A stretch of 49,454 nucleotides of DNA, from IMG/VR virus record IMGVR_UViG_3300048848_000069, positions 1 to 49,454 of that record. One strand, written 5' to 3'. The DNA comes from a virus. Its lineage: Duplodnaviria > Caudoviricetes. The stretch's first letter is position 1; every line of letters starts with the position of its first letter. Position numbers and translations under genes: made by a program. The notes beneath the pieces were generated by a model, which worked only from the letters and a program-made list of their open reading frames with translations, ran no database searches and was not told where the DNA came from. Shown in pieces: positions 26,763-34,918 of the stretch.

Positions 26763-27434
26763 CTATGCCGCACAACTTTCGATCAGACCCTCTGAATCCA
26801 GCAGTCCTTGTGCTGCCATTAGTGCGTCGTTGACCTGATCCTCCAGACCCTTGCGGATACCCGAACGCCACCGGTACCGGGTTGATTCCGGCTTGCCATC
26901 GTTGTCCCAGTTGGTGATGTCGTACCAGGCTGCAGGGAGTACAGCGGTTGAGCGCTTCAGGGTTTGCTTGCGGTCGACGGTGTCGCTCATCCCCGTCAGG
27001 CCCTTCGTGTTGTACGAATCCACCAACGCCTTGTTCCTCGCCACTGCCTCAGCTTCGCGGCTCACGACTTCCACGACCGGGGATTCGTGCTTGCCGCCCA
27101 CTTGCGGAATGGCCCACGTCAGCACAGCGCATTCGCGGAACCGCTGTGGTGCCGGAGAGCGGACAGTCTTGATCAGCTCCAGGATGGCGGCATGTTTGCG
27201 CTCGTCATGCGTCGAGAACTTCGCCACCAGTGCTCGCCAGTGCGCCGCGCTCAATCCCTTGTGCAGCCGGCCGAACACCCAGCAGTCCTGCAGGAAGGCT
27301 GCTTCCTTGCCCACGATCTCGCCCTTCTGCTTGGCGACCTGAACCTTAGGCTCAAAGTCGCAGCCACCCGCGCTGTTGATTGTCTCGGCTGCCAGAGCCC
27401 GCACCACTGCTGATACTACGTTGCGATATGTCAT
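26763..27434 (-). CDS. Late-gene regulator / Q-like antiterminator
   Basis: Position after ninG and before the late promoter; C-terminal PESTRYRWR HTH-like segment. Confidence 0.6.
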   Translation of the reverse strand: MTYRNVVSAVVRALAAETINSAGGCDFEPKVQVAKQKGEIVGKEAAFLQDCWVFGRLHKGLSAAHWRALVAKFSTHDERKHAAILELIKTVRSPAPQRFRECAVLTWAIPQVGGKHESPVVEVVSREAEAVARNKALVDSYNTKGLTGMSDTVDRKQTLKRSTAVLPAAWYDITNWDNDGKPESTRYRWRSGIRKGLEDQVNDALMAAQGLLDSEGLIESCAA

Positions 27435-28027
27435 GCCTGCGCCCTCTTCATTTCTCTGGTCAGTTCCCGGTAGTGCGCGGTCAGCGCCTTCAGGTCGTCG
27501 ATCGTGTACTTCTTCGGCTCATGCGGGCCTTCAAGCCACCCCACCTTCTGGGCGCCGATCCGCTTCACCAGCTCGATGCGGTAGTTCACGATGTCGCCGG
27601 ACTTGTGGTTGTTGCAGGGCGCGCACTGGCGCCACACATTCAGTGGTTGGAACCGCAGCTCAGGATTCCCACCCACGGTGCGGTAGTGCCCGGCATGCCA
27701 TTGGCCGTTGTGGTGACGGCCGCAGCTCACGCAAGGCAGGCCGATATCGCGCTCACGTATCCAGGCATTGAAAGCGGTCTGCGCTTCCCGCATGAACGCG
27801 GCGCGGGGCTTCACCTTTTCCTTCTGGACTCGAATCTCTCTTCGTTCGCGCTGATCCAGTGCCTTGCGCGCCCTTTCCTGATTCGCCGGCGCCATAACCA
27901 AAGCGCAGGCAGGTCCGCAAACCTTCTGCCCAAGGCGCTGCGGGACAAACTGCGCCCCGCACACCGAGTTGCTGCAGCTCTTCTGCTTGCGCGCTGGTGG
28001 CGACTTCTTCGCGGATTGGTCGATCAC
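27431..28027 (-). CDS. ninG: NinG/Rap recombination endonuclease
   Basis: AQTAFNAWIRERD...PCVSCG...WHAGHYRTVG..PELRF...N..QCAPCN..KSG. Confidence 0.93.
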   Translation of the reverse strand: MIDQSAKKSPPARKQKSCSNSVCGAQFVPQRLGQKVCGPACALVMAPANQERARKALDQRERREIRVQKEKVKPRAAFMREAQTAFNAWIRERDIGLPCVSCGRHHNGQWHAGHYRTVGGNPELRFQPLNVWRQCAPCNNHKSGDIVNYRIELVKRIGAQKVGWLEGPHEPKKYTIDDLKALTAHYRELTREMKRAQA

Positions 28028-28125
28028 AGACCACCCCCGAACTGATATGCCGAGGCGTTGCAGAGGTAGCCGTGCTCGAGCATTGCAGCGACGGCCCGAA
28101 TGAGGGCCTTTGCAAGTTCAGTCAT
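28024..28125 (-). CDS. Small Nin-region ORF (33 aa)
   Basis: MTELAKALIRAVAAMLEHGY...; overlaps the ninB stop and ninG start. Confidence 0.4.
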   Translation of the reverse strand: MTELAKALIRAVAAMLEHGYLCNASAYQFGGGL

Positions 28126-28537
28126 AGCGGCCGCCCCAGTGGTCTTTCTGAAGCAGGCGCACCTGGTGCTCGGCAGCGAAAGCCGTGATCCATTCCAGCA
28201 GGCTCGCGCACTGCTTCACGGTGAGCTTTGAGGTGCGCTCATAGATCACATCGAAGCCCTTGCCGTCGATAGCCGGAATCATCTGCGGCGCCTCGCCAGC
28301 CTCACGCAGCCATGCCGCTGTCAGAAGGCGCTTCCAGATCAGCACGTCCCACTTCTTGCCGGCATGCTCCACCTGGTTGGCGATGTCGGTGAGCATGGCG
28401 TGGAGAGCGCGGTTCTGGTCAGAGGTACGATCCAGATCCTTGATCACGATCTTCTTGGGCTTGGTGAAGTCCGTACCGTGCAGCAGGCCCATCAGGCGGC
28501 TGGTGTCATCACGGCTGCGCATTACGATTTCTGTCAT
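28118..28537 (-). CDS. ninB: NinB/Orf recombination protein
   Basis: RTSDQNRALHAMLTDIANQV...WKRLL...RTSKLTVKQ. Confidence 0.92.
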   Translation of the reverse strand: MTEIVMRSRDDTSRLMGLLHGTDFTKPKKIVIKDLDRTSDQNRALHAMLTDIANQVEHAGKKWDVLIWKRLLTAAWLREAGEAPQMIPAIDGKGFDVIYERTSKLTVKQCASLLEWITAFAAEHQVRLLQKDHWGGRYD

Positions 28538-28623
28538 CGCGCACCCCCAAACCAGTACGTCTCACGGCCGTCGGAATGAACCTTGGCGTTGTTCAGTAGG
28601 GCTTTGAGCTGGGACCAAGTCAT
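28534..28623 (-). CDS. Small ORF (29 aa)
   Basis: MTWSQLKALLNNAKVHSDG...; ATGA overlaps on both sides. Confidence 0.45.
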   Translation of the reverse strand: MTWSQLKALLNNAKVHSDGRETYWFGGAR

Positions 28624-28922
28624 GGCTTCACCTCAAAACCCGCAGCGCTCAGCGCCTTGATGATGTCTGCCGCCTTGTAGAACGGGACGGTCATGCGGTA
28701 GTCGCCGGATGGAAGGGGCTTGGGTAGGTCGACCAGCAGAGGTGCGCGTGATGCCCGCCAGCCAAACCAACCAGCATGAGCAATCGGGTTTGAGTATTCG
28801 CCGTCAGGCTCTTTTTCAACAAAGAAGAATTCGACCGAGCTTCTGTAGCCTTCGCCACACCGGGCAACCATCTCTTCGGTAAAGGCCACTTCGAACTCTT
28901 TGCGCATTTTCTCAGTGCTCAT
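28620..28922 (-). CDS. Hypothetical phage protein
   Basis: MSTEKMRKEFE...WFGWRASR...VDLP pattern common in Nin regions. Confidence 0.7.
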   Translation of the reverse strand: MSTEKMRKEFEVAFTEEMVARCGEGYRSSVEFFFVEKEPDGEYSNPIAHAGWFGWRASRAPLLVDLPKPLPSGDYRMTVPFYKAADIIKALSAAGFEVKP

Positions 28923-29035
28923 TTAAAAGGCGTCTCCTGAGGCAACGGCTTCACCACCGTCTCAACTCTGTGCCCGGTGCCGACTGCGGCTACCAGGGTG
29001 ATGACTGCTATGCAAATCCAGATTCGGCTGGTCAT
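28919..29035 (-). CDS. Small membrane peptide (38 aa)
   Basis: MTSRIWICIAVITLVAAVG...; coupled at both ends. Confidence 0.5.
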   Translation of the reverse strand: MTSRIWICIAVITLVAAVGTGHRVETVVKPLPQETPFK

Positions 29036-29841
29036 CAGAACCCCTCCTTGCCGCGCTGTGATTCCCAGTCGAACGGGACTACGATCACCCCACCCTCGCG
29101 CAGGCGATCTGCACAGCGATCACCGATAGCGCCGGGCAGTGCCGTGGCTTCCAGGTTCGAGACGATGACTGTCGGGCGCAGCTCTTCGTAGCGGCCATTG
29201 ATGATCGCGAACAGCGTCGTCAACTCGAAGTCGCTCGGTTTCTCCTTGCTCACGCCGATCTCATCCAGGATCAGCAGAGACGGTGTAACGAGGCTCGCGA
29301 TGATCTGGGCTTCGGTTTGCTCACTCGTACGGTCGTACGTCGCCCGTATTGCTTGCAGGACGCTCCCAACGGTCCGGTACACAGCCGTGCACGAACTGTT
29401 CGCCATGATCTCGTTCGCAATCGCCACCGCAAGGTGAGTCTTGCCGGTGCCGGGCTTGCCAAGCAGCAGCAGGCAGCGGCCGGTCTCGACGATCTGCGAG
29501 AACTCGGCGGCGTACCGGCGGCAAGTGTTCAAGGCCTTTCGCTGTTCAGCGGTACCCGCGGTATAGCCATCGAACGAGCGCGTTGCGAAACGCTTAGGGA
29601 TCAACGCCGAACCAAGCTTGCGTTCCATCGCCATACGGATCTCCATCGCCTTGCTCGCGCGCTCACTCGTCTCACGCTTCTCGCTGGCTATCGCAGAGCA
29701 CTCAGGGCAGGCACCCTTGAGCTCACGACCGAGGACCAAGTAAATACGCTGGTCGAACGCCCCATGGGTGTCGCAGTGCGCGTGCTGGATGCGAGTGCCG
29801 GGCGGCATTTCGATCTCTGCGGTGACTGGCTCAGAACGCAT
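29035..29841 (-). CDS. DnaC/IstB-like helicase loader ATPase
   Basis: Walker A GKPGTGKT, Walker B LLILDEIG, IINGRY, DRL; N-terminal Zn motif. Confidence 0.92.
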   Translation of the reverse strand: MRSEPVTAEIEMPPGTRIQHAHCDTHGAFDQRIYLVLGRELKGACPECSAIASEKRETSERASKAMEIRMAMERKLGSALIPKRFATRSFDGYTAGTAEQRKALNTCRRYAAEFSQIVETGRCLLLLGKPGTGKTHLAVAIANEIMANSSCTAVYRTVGSVLQAIRATYDRTSEQTEAQIIASLVTPSLLILDEIGVSKEKPSDFELTTLFAIINGRYEELRPTVIVSNLEATALPGAIGDRCADRLREGGVIVVPFDWESQRGKEGF

Positions 29842-30628
29842 AGGTACCGTCCTCACGCGGGATCAACCCGGCCTTGTAGTCGCGCTGATCGAAGCCCGTG
29901 TGGCGGCTGGATGGGAGGTGGTGCACGTTGCTCGGTAACGAGATTTCATCCTCCCAGCGCTTGCCGTTGAGCCATGTTGCCGGGTGCGGGATGAACTGGC
30001 CGCCGTCCTTGGTCCAGGCTGGGGATGTGCATTGCTTGGTGAGGCCCTGGGCGATCAGGTTGAATAGGGCGTCAGTGACCTTTAGTTTCTTCCAAGCTTT
30101 CTCGGCGGCCGCTTTGCCCTTCTTGTTCGGGTAGAGCTTCCAGAACTTTGGGAACAAATCCTCAGCCGGAGGCGAAGTGCTTTTATTGTTCTTATCTTTA
30201 TCTTTATCTGTATCTGTATCTGTATCTGTATGGTTGCCATTCCGTTGAAACGAATCGTCAACGGTCGTTGAACGGTCGTTGAGTTCCTGTTGCTTTTTGA
30301 GGGCCTTTGCACGAGCAGACGCCTTCCCCGCATTGGAAGCGGTAACCACTTTGCTGTTCACAGCATCAAGATCAGCCTCAACACGGAACTGCACCCAATG
30401 GGTTTCAGTGACGTGAAAGAACTCGCTCAACGTTTCGGCAACGGAAGGCCAACGGTCGTTGGGGATGCGTGCAACGGTTGCCAAGCGATCGATACGCAGC
30501 GGCTTGCCGGTTTGCCAGTAGCTGAACAACAACAGCATGTAAGCGCCGTGCTCCTCAGCCGTCAGGTGCGTGGTGTCGGCCAGATAGTCGGCGACGTAGA
30601 ACTGCATATACGGGAGCGCGGCCATCAT
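29831..30628 (-). CDS. Replication initiator (YdaU/DUF1376 family)
   Basis: PYMQFYVADYLADTTHLTAEEHGAYMLLL; FWKLYPNKKGK...HPATWLNGKRWEDE. Confidence 0.9.
   Translation of the reverse strand: MMAALPYMQFYVADYLADTTHLTAEEHGAYMLLLFSYWQTGKPLRIDRLATVARIPNDRWPSVAETLSEFFHVTETHWVQFRVEADLDAVNSKVVTASNAGKASARAKALKKQQELNDRSTTVDDSFQRNGNHTDTDTDTDKDKDKNNKSTSPPAEDLFPKFWKLYPNKKGKAAAEKAWKKLKVTDALFNLIAQGLTKQCTSPAWTKDGGQFIPHPATWLNGKRWEDEISLPSNVHHLPSSRHTGFDQRDYKAGLIPREDGTYAF
30181..30282. repeat. Probable replication origin: AT-rich hexamer repeats plus iterons
   Basis: Tandem TATCTT/TATCTG hexamers (about 30193-30231) next to tandem AACGGTCGTTG (30260-30281) inside the initiator gene. Confidence 0.55.
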
Positions 30629-31356
30629 TGGGCCTCCAGTTTGTACTGAGCCCACAAGCCAGCCACCCAGGTGACCCCCTTGGGCGTGAATTTGGTTTGA
30701 TTGAAGGCATGACCGCCTTCAGAGGTGCCGGTCTTGACGTCGAAGCGGCCGGCGTCGATGTGACCGCTGTATGCCTGCCACTCGCCGCCCATGCGGTACA
30801 TGATCTTCTTGTCGAGCAAGAACTCACGGAAGCGGGCCTCATTGGCCCCGAGCAGCTTGGCGGTCTGGCGGAAGCCCTTGAGGCCAGTGGATTCGACATA
30901 CTTGTCGACGAATTCGACTTTCGGCGCAGCGATGGCCAAGGCTTGGTTGGCGGCTTGCTGAAGCTCAAACTGCTCCGCCCAAGCGCGCGCGGCAGCGGCA
31001 GGATTCGAGAAGTCTGGAAGTGTTGCAATGACGCGACCACCTTCCAGCTCACGCCAGCGCTTGATGACGGCCATGCGCATTGCCGCGCTATAGCCCGTTA
31101 GCAAACAGTCGGTGTGCTCACGGTCGAGCTGATACTCGGTCTGGTTGCGGTTTTGGCCGTCGAGGTAGGTGCATCCATAAATGGATGGATCTTCTTCCAG
31201 GTCTGCGAGCATCTTTTCGATGTCCCGCTTCACGTGAAAATGTTGTTTGCCAGTCAGGTCTGCTATTTCTCGCGAGGACATAGTGCGCGCCACGTTTTCG
31301 CGGATATGATTTCGTGGCGCGGGATGATGGGTATTGCTTTGTCGCTGGATTTGCAT
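30625..31356 (-). CDS. Antirepressor (Rha N-terminal domain plus KilA-C/ANT domain)
   Basis: TMSSREIADLTGKQHFHVKRDI; APKVEFVD...TAKLLG...TKFTPKG. Confidence 0.9.
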   Translation of the reverse strand: MQIQRQSNTHHPAPRNHIRENVARTMSSREIADLTGKQHFHVKRDIEKMLADLEEDPSIYGCTYLDGQNRNQTEYQLDREHTDCLLTGYSAAMRMAVIKRWRELEGGRVIATLPDFSNPAAAARAWAEQFELQQAANQALAIAAPKVEFVDKYVESTGLKGFRQTAKLLGANEARFREFLLDKKIMYRMGGEWQAYSGHIDAGRFDVKTGTSEGGHAFNQTKFTPKGVTWVAGLWAQYKLEAQ

Positions 31357-31385
31357 AAAATGGATTCCACATCGTGTTTAAGAGA

Positions 31386-31411
31386 GCCGGGTCACTACCC
31401 CGGCTTTTTTT
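31386..31411 (+). terminator. Plus-strand intrinsic terminator, antisense to the antirepressor leader
   Basis: GCCGGG-TCACTAC-CCCGGC followed by T7. Confidence 0.7.
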
Positions 31412-31446
31412 CGTCTCGGATTTGGCAGAGGCCCTCTGGATTGCCC

Positions 31447-31653
31447 TTAAGAGTCCCTGCCTGAGGCCCTCATTGGGCTCACCAGATGAAGCACCTTTGC
31501 CTTCTTTTTCCCGACCTCTGAAAGCGCCCCGTTGGCTATGGACGCTTCCATCATTGCGTTGATGGCCTGGCTGAAACTCCAGCCGTTCTGGCTCATCAAC
31601 CCCTTCACCTTTTCCCGCGTCTGCGGGGGCAGCTTTTCAAGTTCAACGGTCAT
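31447..31653 (-). CDS. Small hypothetical regulator
   Basis: MTVELEKLPPQTREKV...; lies in the Cro operon. Confidence 0.6.
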   Translation of the reverse strand: MTVELEKLPPQTREKVKGLMSQNGWSFSQAINAMMEASIANGALSEVGKKKAKVLHLVSPMRASGRDS

Positions 31654-31672
31654 TTGGCCCTCCAAAGGGGCT

Positions 31673-31873
31673 TCAGCCCGCGATATCTTCTTGCTTGTCC
31701 TGCATCAGCTCCTGGATCACGCCGTTTGCTACGGCCCATTCGATGATTTCGTAGAGATAGGTCGCGTGCTGCATGCGGGTTTTGGTTGCGGCTTTACGCA
31801 AGATCCGATCAAGCACGGGTTCGAAACGAACCTTTACCGGGATGGCTCGCTTCTGATTGGGGTCCATGTACAT
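31673..31873 (-). CDS. Small DNA-binding protein at the CII position (ribbon-helix-helix-like)
   Basis: KRAIPVKVRF...ILRKAA...ATYLYEII. Confidence 0.65.
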   Translation of the reverse strand: MYMDPNQKRAIPVKVRFEPVLDRILRKAATKTRMQHATYLYEIIEWAVANGVIQELMQDKQEDIAG

Positions 31874-31903
31874 GCTTCGTTTTCCTCTGGCTGGTGAATG
31901 GGT

Positions 31904-32110
31904 CTAAGCGGCAGACCGTCGGCTTTGCTGATGGGACGGAAACGGCCGGACTTCTTCTGCCGAAAATGAGCCGTCCTGACGAGCTGTGACGTAAATGTCA
32001 CGGCCGACGCGCAAGGCTTTGTTTAGCGCCCCTTGAGTCATGCCCAGAAGCGTTGCCGCCTTGGTCTGGCCCATGTCTGCCGCAAATTCGGTGAGAGTGA
32101 TTCGGCTCAT
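31904..32110 (-). CDS. cro: Cro repressor
   Basis: GQTKAATLLGMTQGALNKALRVGRDIYV...AEEVRPFPS, similar to lambda Cro. Confidence 0.92.
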   Translation of the reverse strand: MSRITLTEFAADMGQTKAATLLGMTQGALNKALRVGRDIYVTARQDGSFSAEEVRPFPSHQQSRRSAA

Positions 32111-32140
32111 TGCCAGATCTCCAATGGTTCACGTACGCAC

Positions 32141-32206
32141 AGACTATCTCCACAGGAGATACTTTGCAACTCCAAGTGAGATAGCGATATATCGCCACCG
32201 GGAATA
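32141..32206. promoter_or_regulatory. OR operator region with three 17-bp operators and PR
   Basis: TATCTCCACAGGAGATA (32145-32161), CAACTCCAAGTGAGATA (32167-32183), TATCGCCACCGGGAATA (32190-32206); PR on the minus strand TTGCAA-17 bp-TAGTCT. Confidence 0.8.
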
Positions 32207-32216
32207 TTCTTCGGAA

Positions 32217-32906
32217 ATGAGTACAGAACGTCGCGAATTACACGATTGGGAGAAAGCTGAGTGCGCCGCGCTGAAGGCCGCATTGGTGGATCACAACGCG
32301 CGCCTTCCAAAAGGCAGTCGCCTTACACAGGAAGAGATTGCGCATCAGGTAGGGATGAGTCAGGGGACGCTAGGCAGCCACTTGAATGGCCATAGGCCGG
32401 TGACGCAAAAGCTAGCCGTGGGCATGGCAAAACTGCTTGGTGTGCCTATTTCAAAGTTCAGCACCAGGTTGGCGAACGACATTTCTGAAATGGCCGAGGC
32501 GGTAGGAGAGAGTTTTGCTGGGAATCCTTCGCAAAAGGGCAGCGGAGATTTGCCCCCGGCTCGCAGTTACTCGATGACGCACGAAGAAGTGGCGAATGAT
32601 CCGCGCGAAGTTGTTATGGCGCTTTTTATCATCGCCTCACGCGCGGCAACGCTCGGCCTAAGCCCAAGCCAAGCCAAGACGATTATCAGGATTAGGAATG
32701 AAATCGTTCACTCCTTACCTGACCAGCACAGCGCCCTACCCTCAAATCTTGACGGCATTGCCGCAGCGGCCTTCAAGGTTTCTGAGGAGGGAGGCGTTTC
32801 TGACGACCTAATGTCCATGCTGAAGCACGGATTAAGCAAGCAAAGCCACAGGGAACAGGCAAAAGACAATGTCCGCCACAAGAAGTCTCGTACCGAGCGA
32901 AATTGA
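32217..32906 (+). CDS. cI: CI-like repressor: N-terminal HTH with an atypical, non-S24 C-terminal domain
   Basis: LTQEEIAHQVGMSQGTLGSHLNG...FSTRLA lambda-CI-like HTH; divergent from cro; no peptidase motifs visible. Confidence 0.85.
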   Translation: MSTERRELHDWEKAECAALKAALVDHNARLPKGSRLTQEEIAHQVGMSQGTLGSHLNGHRPVTQKLAVGMAKLLGVPISKFSTRLANDISEMAEAVGESFAGNPSQKGSGDLPPARSYSMTHEEVANDPREVVMALFIIASRAATLGLSPSQAKTIIRIRNEIVHSLPDQHSALPSNLDGIAAAAFKVSEEGGVSDDLMSMLKHGLSKQSHREQAKDNVRHKKSRTERN

Positions 32907-33678
32907 ACTCGGCTTGTTTTTGACGGGAAAAAAGGTTGTAGATCCATCGGTGTGCGGCCAGCACCCGCTGTTCTACGGCGTCGTTCAGCTTAAGGGGCAG
33001 ATACGTTACAACGCCTATGTGAAGATGATTCCCGCACGGCTCGTCTATGCCGAGGTTCTTGCGTCTCTTCTCGGACGGGCTCTTGGTCTTCCGATACCGC
33101 TGACCATCCCTGTCTACGCTAAGGGACAGACCGTCGGAATAACCTCTGCTCACGTGCTCTGTGTTGCAAGCCTGGATTGTGGCGCAACGCCTATTTCACG
33201 AATTGCTCGACTTGATGACGTTAACAATCTACTGCACAAGTGGACCCACATCCGCACAGCAATAGTTTTTGACGAGCTGATAGCAAACGCCGATCGTAAC
33301 CTGCGGAATATCCTGATGGGCGCAGATGGGAAGATTTGGCTTATAGATCATGAAGAGGCGCTGCGTGACCCTCTCACGGTCGCACACAAGAATATCCAAA
33401 ACTATTTGCTCAAGCGATTATCGGAGGACTTGAACAAGTTTGAACTGCGTCGCACTGCTCAGCGCTTGCATGAAGAATCGATCGCTCTGGGGTCGATAGA
33501 TTTTTCTGCTAGAGCCTTGGACAGCATGCCTGAGAGCTGCCAAGCCTCAGGCGGCTACGTCGACGCCGTGGTAGAGTTTCTTACAGACAGAATCCAGCAC
33601 ATGCCGAAGCTTCTCGAAAGCGGTCTCGGCTTAAGCCAAACGCATCTAGATCTGACCTATGAACGCCCACGCGCCTGA
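32869..33678 (+). CDS. HipA-like Ser/Thr kinase
   Basis: AYVK (ATP-binding Lys), AEVLASLLGRALGLPIP, FDELIANADRNLRNIL catalytic loop, IWLIDHE. Confidence 0.85.
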   Translation: MSATRSLVPSEIELGLFLTGKKVVDPSVCGQHPLFYGVVQLKGQIRYNAYVKMIPARLVYAEVLASLLGRALGLPIPLTIPVYAKGQTVGITSAHVLCVASLDCGATPISRIARLDDVNNLLHKWTHIRTAIVFDELIANADRNLRNILMGADGKIWLIDHEEALRDPLTVAHKNIQNYLLKRLSEDLNKFELRRTAQRLHEESIALGSIDFSARALDSMPESCQASGGYVDAVVEFLTDRIQHMPKLLESGLGLSQTHLDLTYERPRA

Positions 33679-34537
33679 AAAAATTGTAATTCCAGATTTC
33701 CCGTCTTTCGAAGCGCAGTGGGCTCCCGTTTATCTCGAGCCAATTGTTGAATCCGGCGAGAGACTTACAATCGGCGTTGTCGCGGGTGCAGGCGGGCATG
33801 TGGCCGGAAGCTTAACCATCTCCGAGAAGGCCCTTCAATGCCTTTATGGAGAATCATCTGTTGGCATGAAGGCGATGATGGATCTTGCGCTGAGTAAAGC
33901 CCTTGCTTACGCCAGATCAGGCTTCCTCAAGGGTTACAATTCCGGCATCCACGGAGTGGTGCTTGGCGATGCGCGCGAAGGCATCGGCTACGACCTTGAG
34001 GACATAATCTCCCAGGGCGTTGCGCTCTGCTCAAGTCTCAGCCAGATCCATGCGGAAGACTCAAAGAACGGGCACGATAGGTCCTCATATTGGAAGCGTG
34101 TGCAGAAGGCTATGGAGCGAGTTGACAAGGATCTGGTACAACACTTCAACATACCTGTAGGCGTGACAATTAGAGGATCCCATCTTTCGCTTCAGTGCGA
34201 CTATTTTTCGTCTCGTATCGCGGTGAATGTTTGCAGCTTCTCTCCGAACTACCGGCTCGGGCACCTCTTCGATGCTGCATCCTCCAAGGTCTTCCGACTG
34301 GAGCAACTCAAGGATCACGACGCCCTTATCAGACACGATCACAAGGCGGCCATGATGTTGGTGGTGCCCCAGCCTTCAACCATCGAAATGCTAAAGCCTG
34401 CTGCGCACAGGACCTATCGCGAAAGGATCTTGATGCTTGAAGACATGGCGGAAAAAAAGGACTTCGATTTCTTAACAGTCCACTCCGCATTCGAAGGTGC
34501 AAAGCAAATACAGAGGCTTGAAAAGGCAGTAGCTTGA
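33659..34537 (+). CDS. Kinase partner protein, DUF3037-like N-terminus
   Basis: WAPVYLEPIVESGERLTIGVV matches the DUF3037 P...GE.xNIGV pattern; alpha/beta C-terminal domain. Confidence 0.65.
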   Translation: MNAHAPEKIVIPDFPSFEAQWAPVYLEPIVESGERLTIGVVAGAGGHVAGSLTISEKALQCLYGESSVGMKAMMDLALSKALAYARSGFLKGYNSGIHGVVLGDAREGIGYDLEDIISQGVALCSSLSQIHAEDSKNGHDRSSYWKRVQKAMERVDKDLVQHFNIPVGVTIRGSHLSLQCDYFSSRIAVNVCSFSPNYRLGHLFDAASSKVFRLEQLKDHDALIRHDHKAAMMLVVPQPSTIEMLKPAAHRTYRERILMLEDMAEKKDFDFLTVHSAFEGAKQIQRLEKAVA

Positions 34538-34559
34538 GAACGCTTACCTGAGTAATTTG

Positions 34560-34585
34560 GGCCCGCCATCGAGCGGGCTTTTTTT
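34560..34585 (+). terminator. Terminator of the cI-kinase operon
   Basis: GCCCGC-CATCGA-GCGGGC followed by T7. Confidence 0.85.
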
Positions 34586-34600
34586 CGGTTTAGATTTTTT

Positions 34601-34643
34601 TATCTCCATTGGAGTTGACATGAATATTTCCATGGGAGATATT
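34601..34643 (+). promoter_or_regulatory. OL operators and PL promoter
   Basis: TATCTCCATTGGAGTTG (34601-34617) and TATTTCCATGGGAGATA (34625-34641) match the OR consensus; TTGACA-17 bp-GATATT. Confidence 0.82.
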
Positions 34644-34692
34644 AGACCCATCGAAACGGATCAGCCCCTACAAAGGGCCTCACGCATCGAAC

Positions 34693-34705
34693 CGCTCTTT
34701 AACAA
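34693..34705 (+). promoter_or_regulatory. boxA antitermination element
   Basis: CGCTCTTTAACAA about 50 nt downstream of PL. Confidence 0.75.
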
Positions 34706-34918
34706 CCAGCGTAATACGAACAAAGACGGCACCGCCTCTACGGCGACCGGAGATCAGATAGCCCCGAAAGGCTACCAACGCGAGGCGCACCTCGACGGCT
34801 GACTAGAGCGAAATGCTCCGAACCGAGTGAACGACCCGCTATGCGGTGCCAGCAGTAACCAAAGATTTACTAATGCCGCTTCCATGAGGCGGCATTGGAA
34901 ATCAACGGAGAGCGAGAA

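Noticed and set aside
30193-30231. Hexamer microsatellite as a phase-variation switch
   Set aside because: The unit is a multiple of 3 and encodes the DT/DK linker, so it cannot shift frame.
32040-32216. 59-aa N-terminal extension of CI in the ORF track
   Set aside because: It overlaps cro and the operators; ATG at 32217 gives a normal CI N-terminus.
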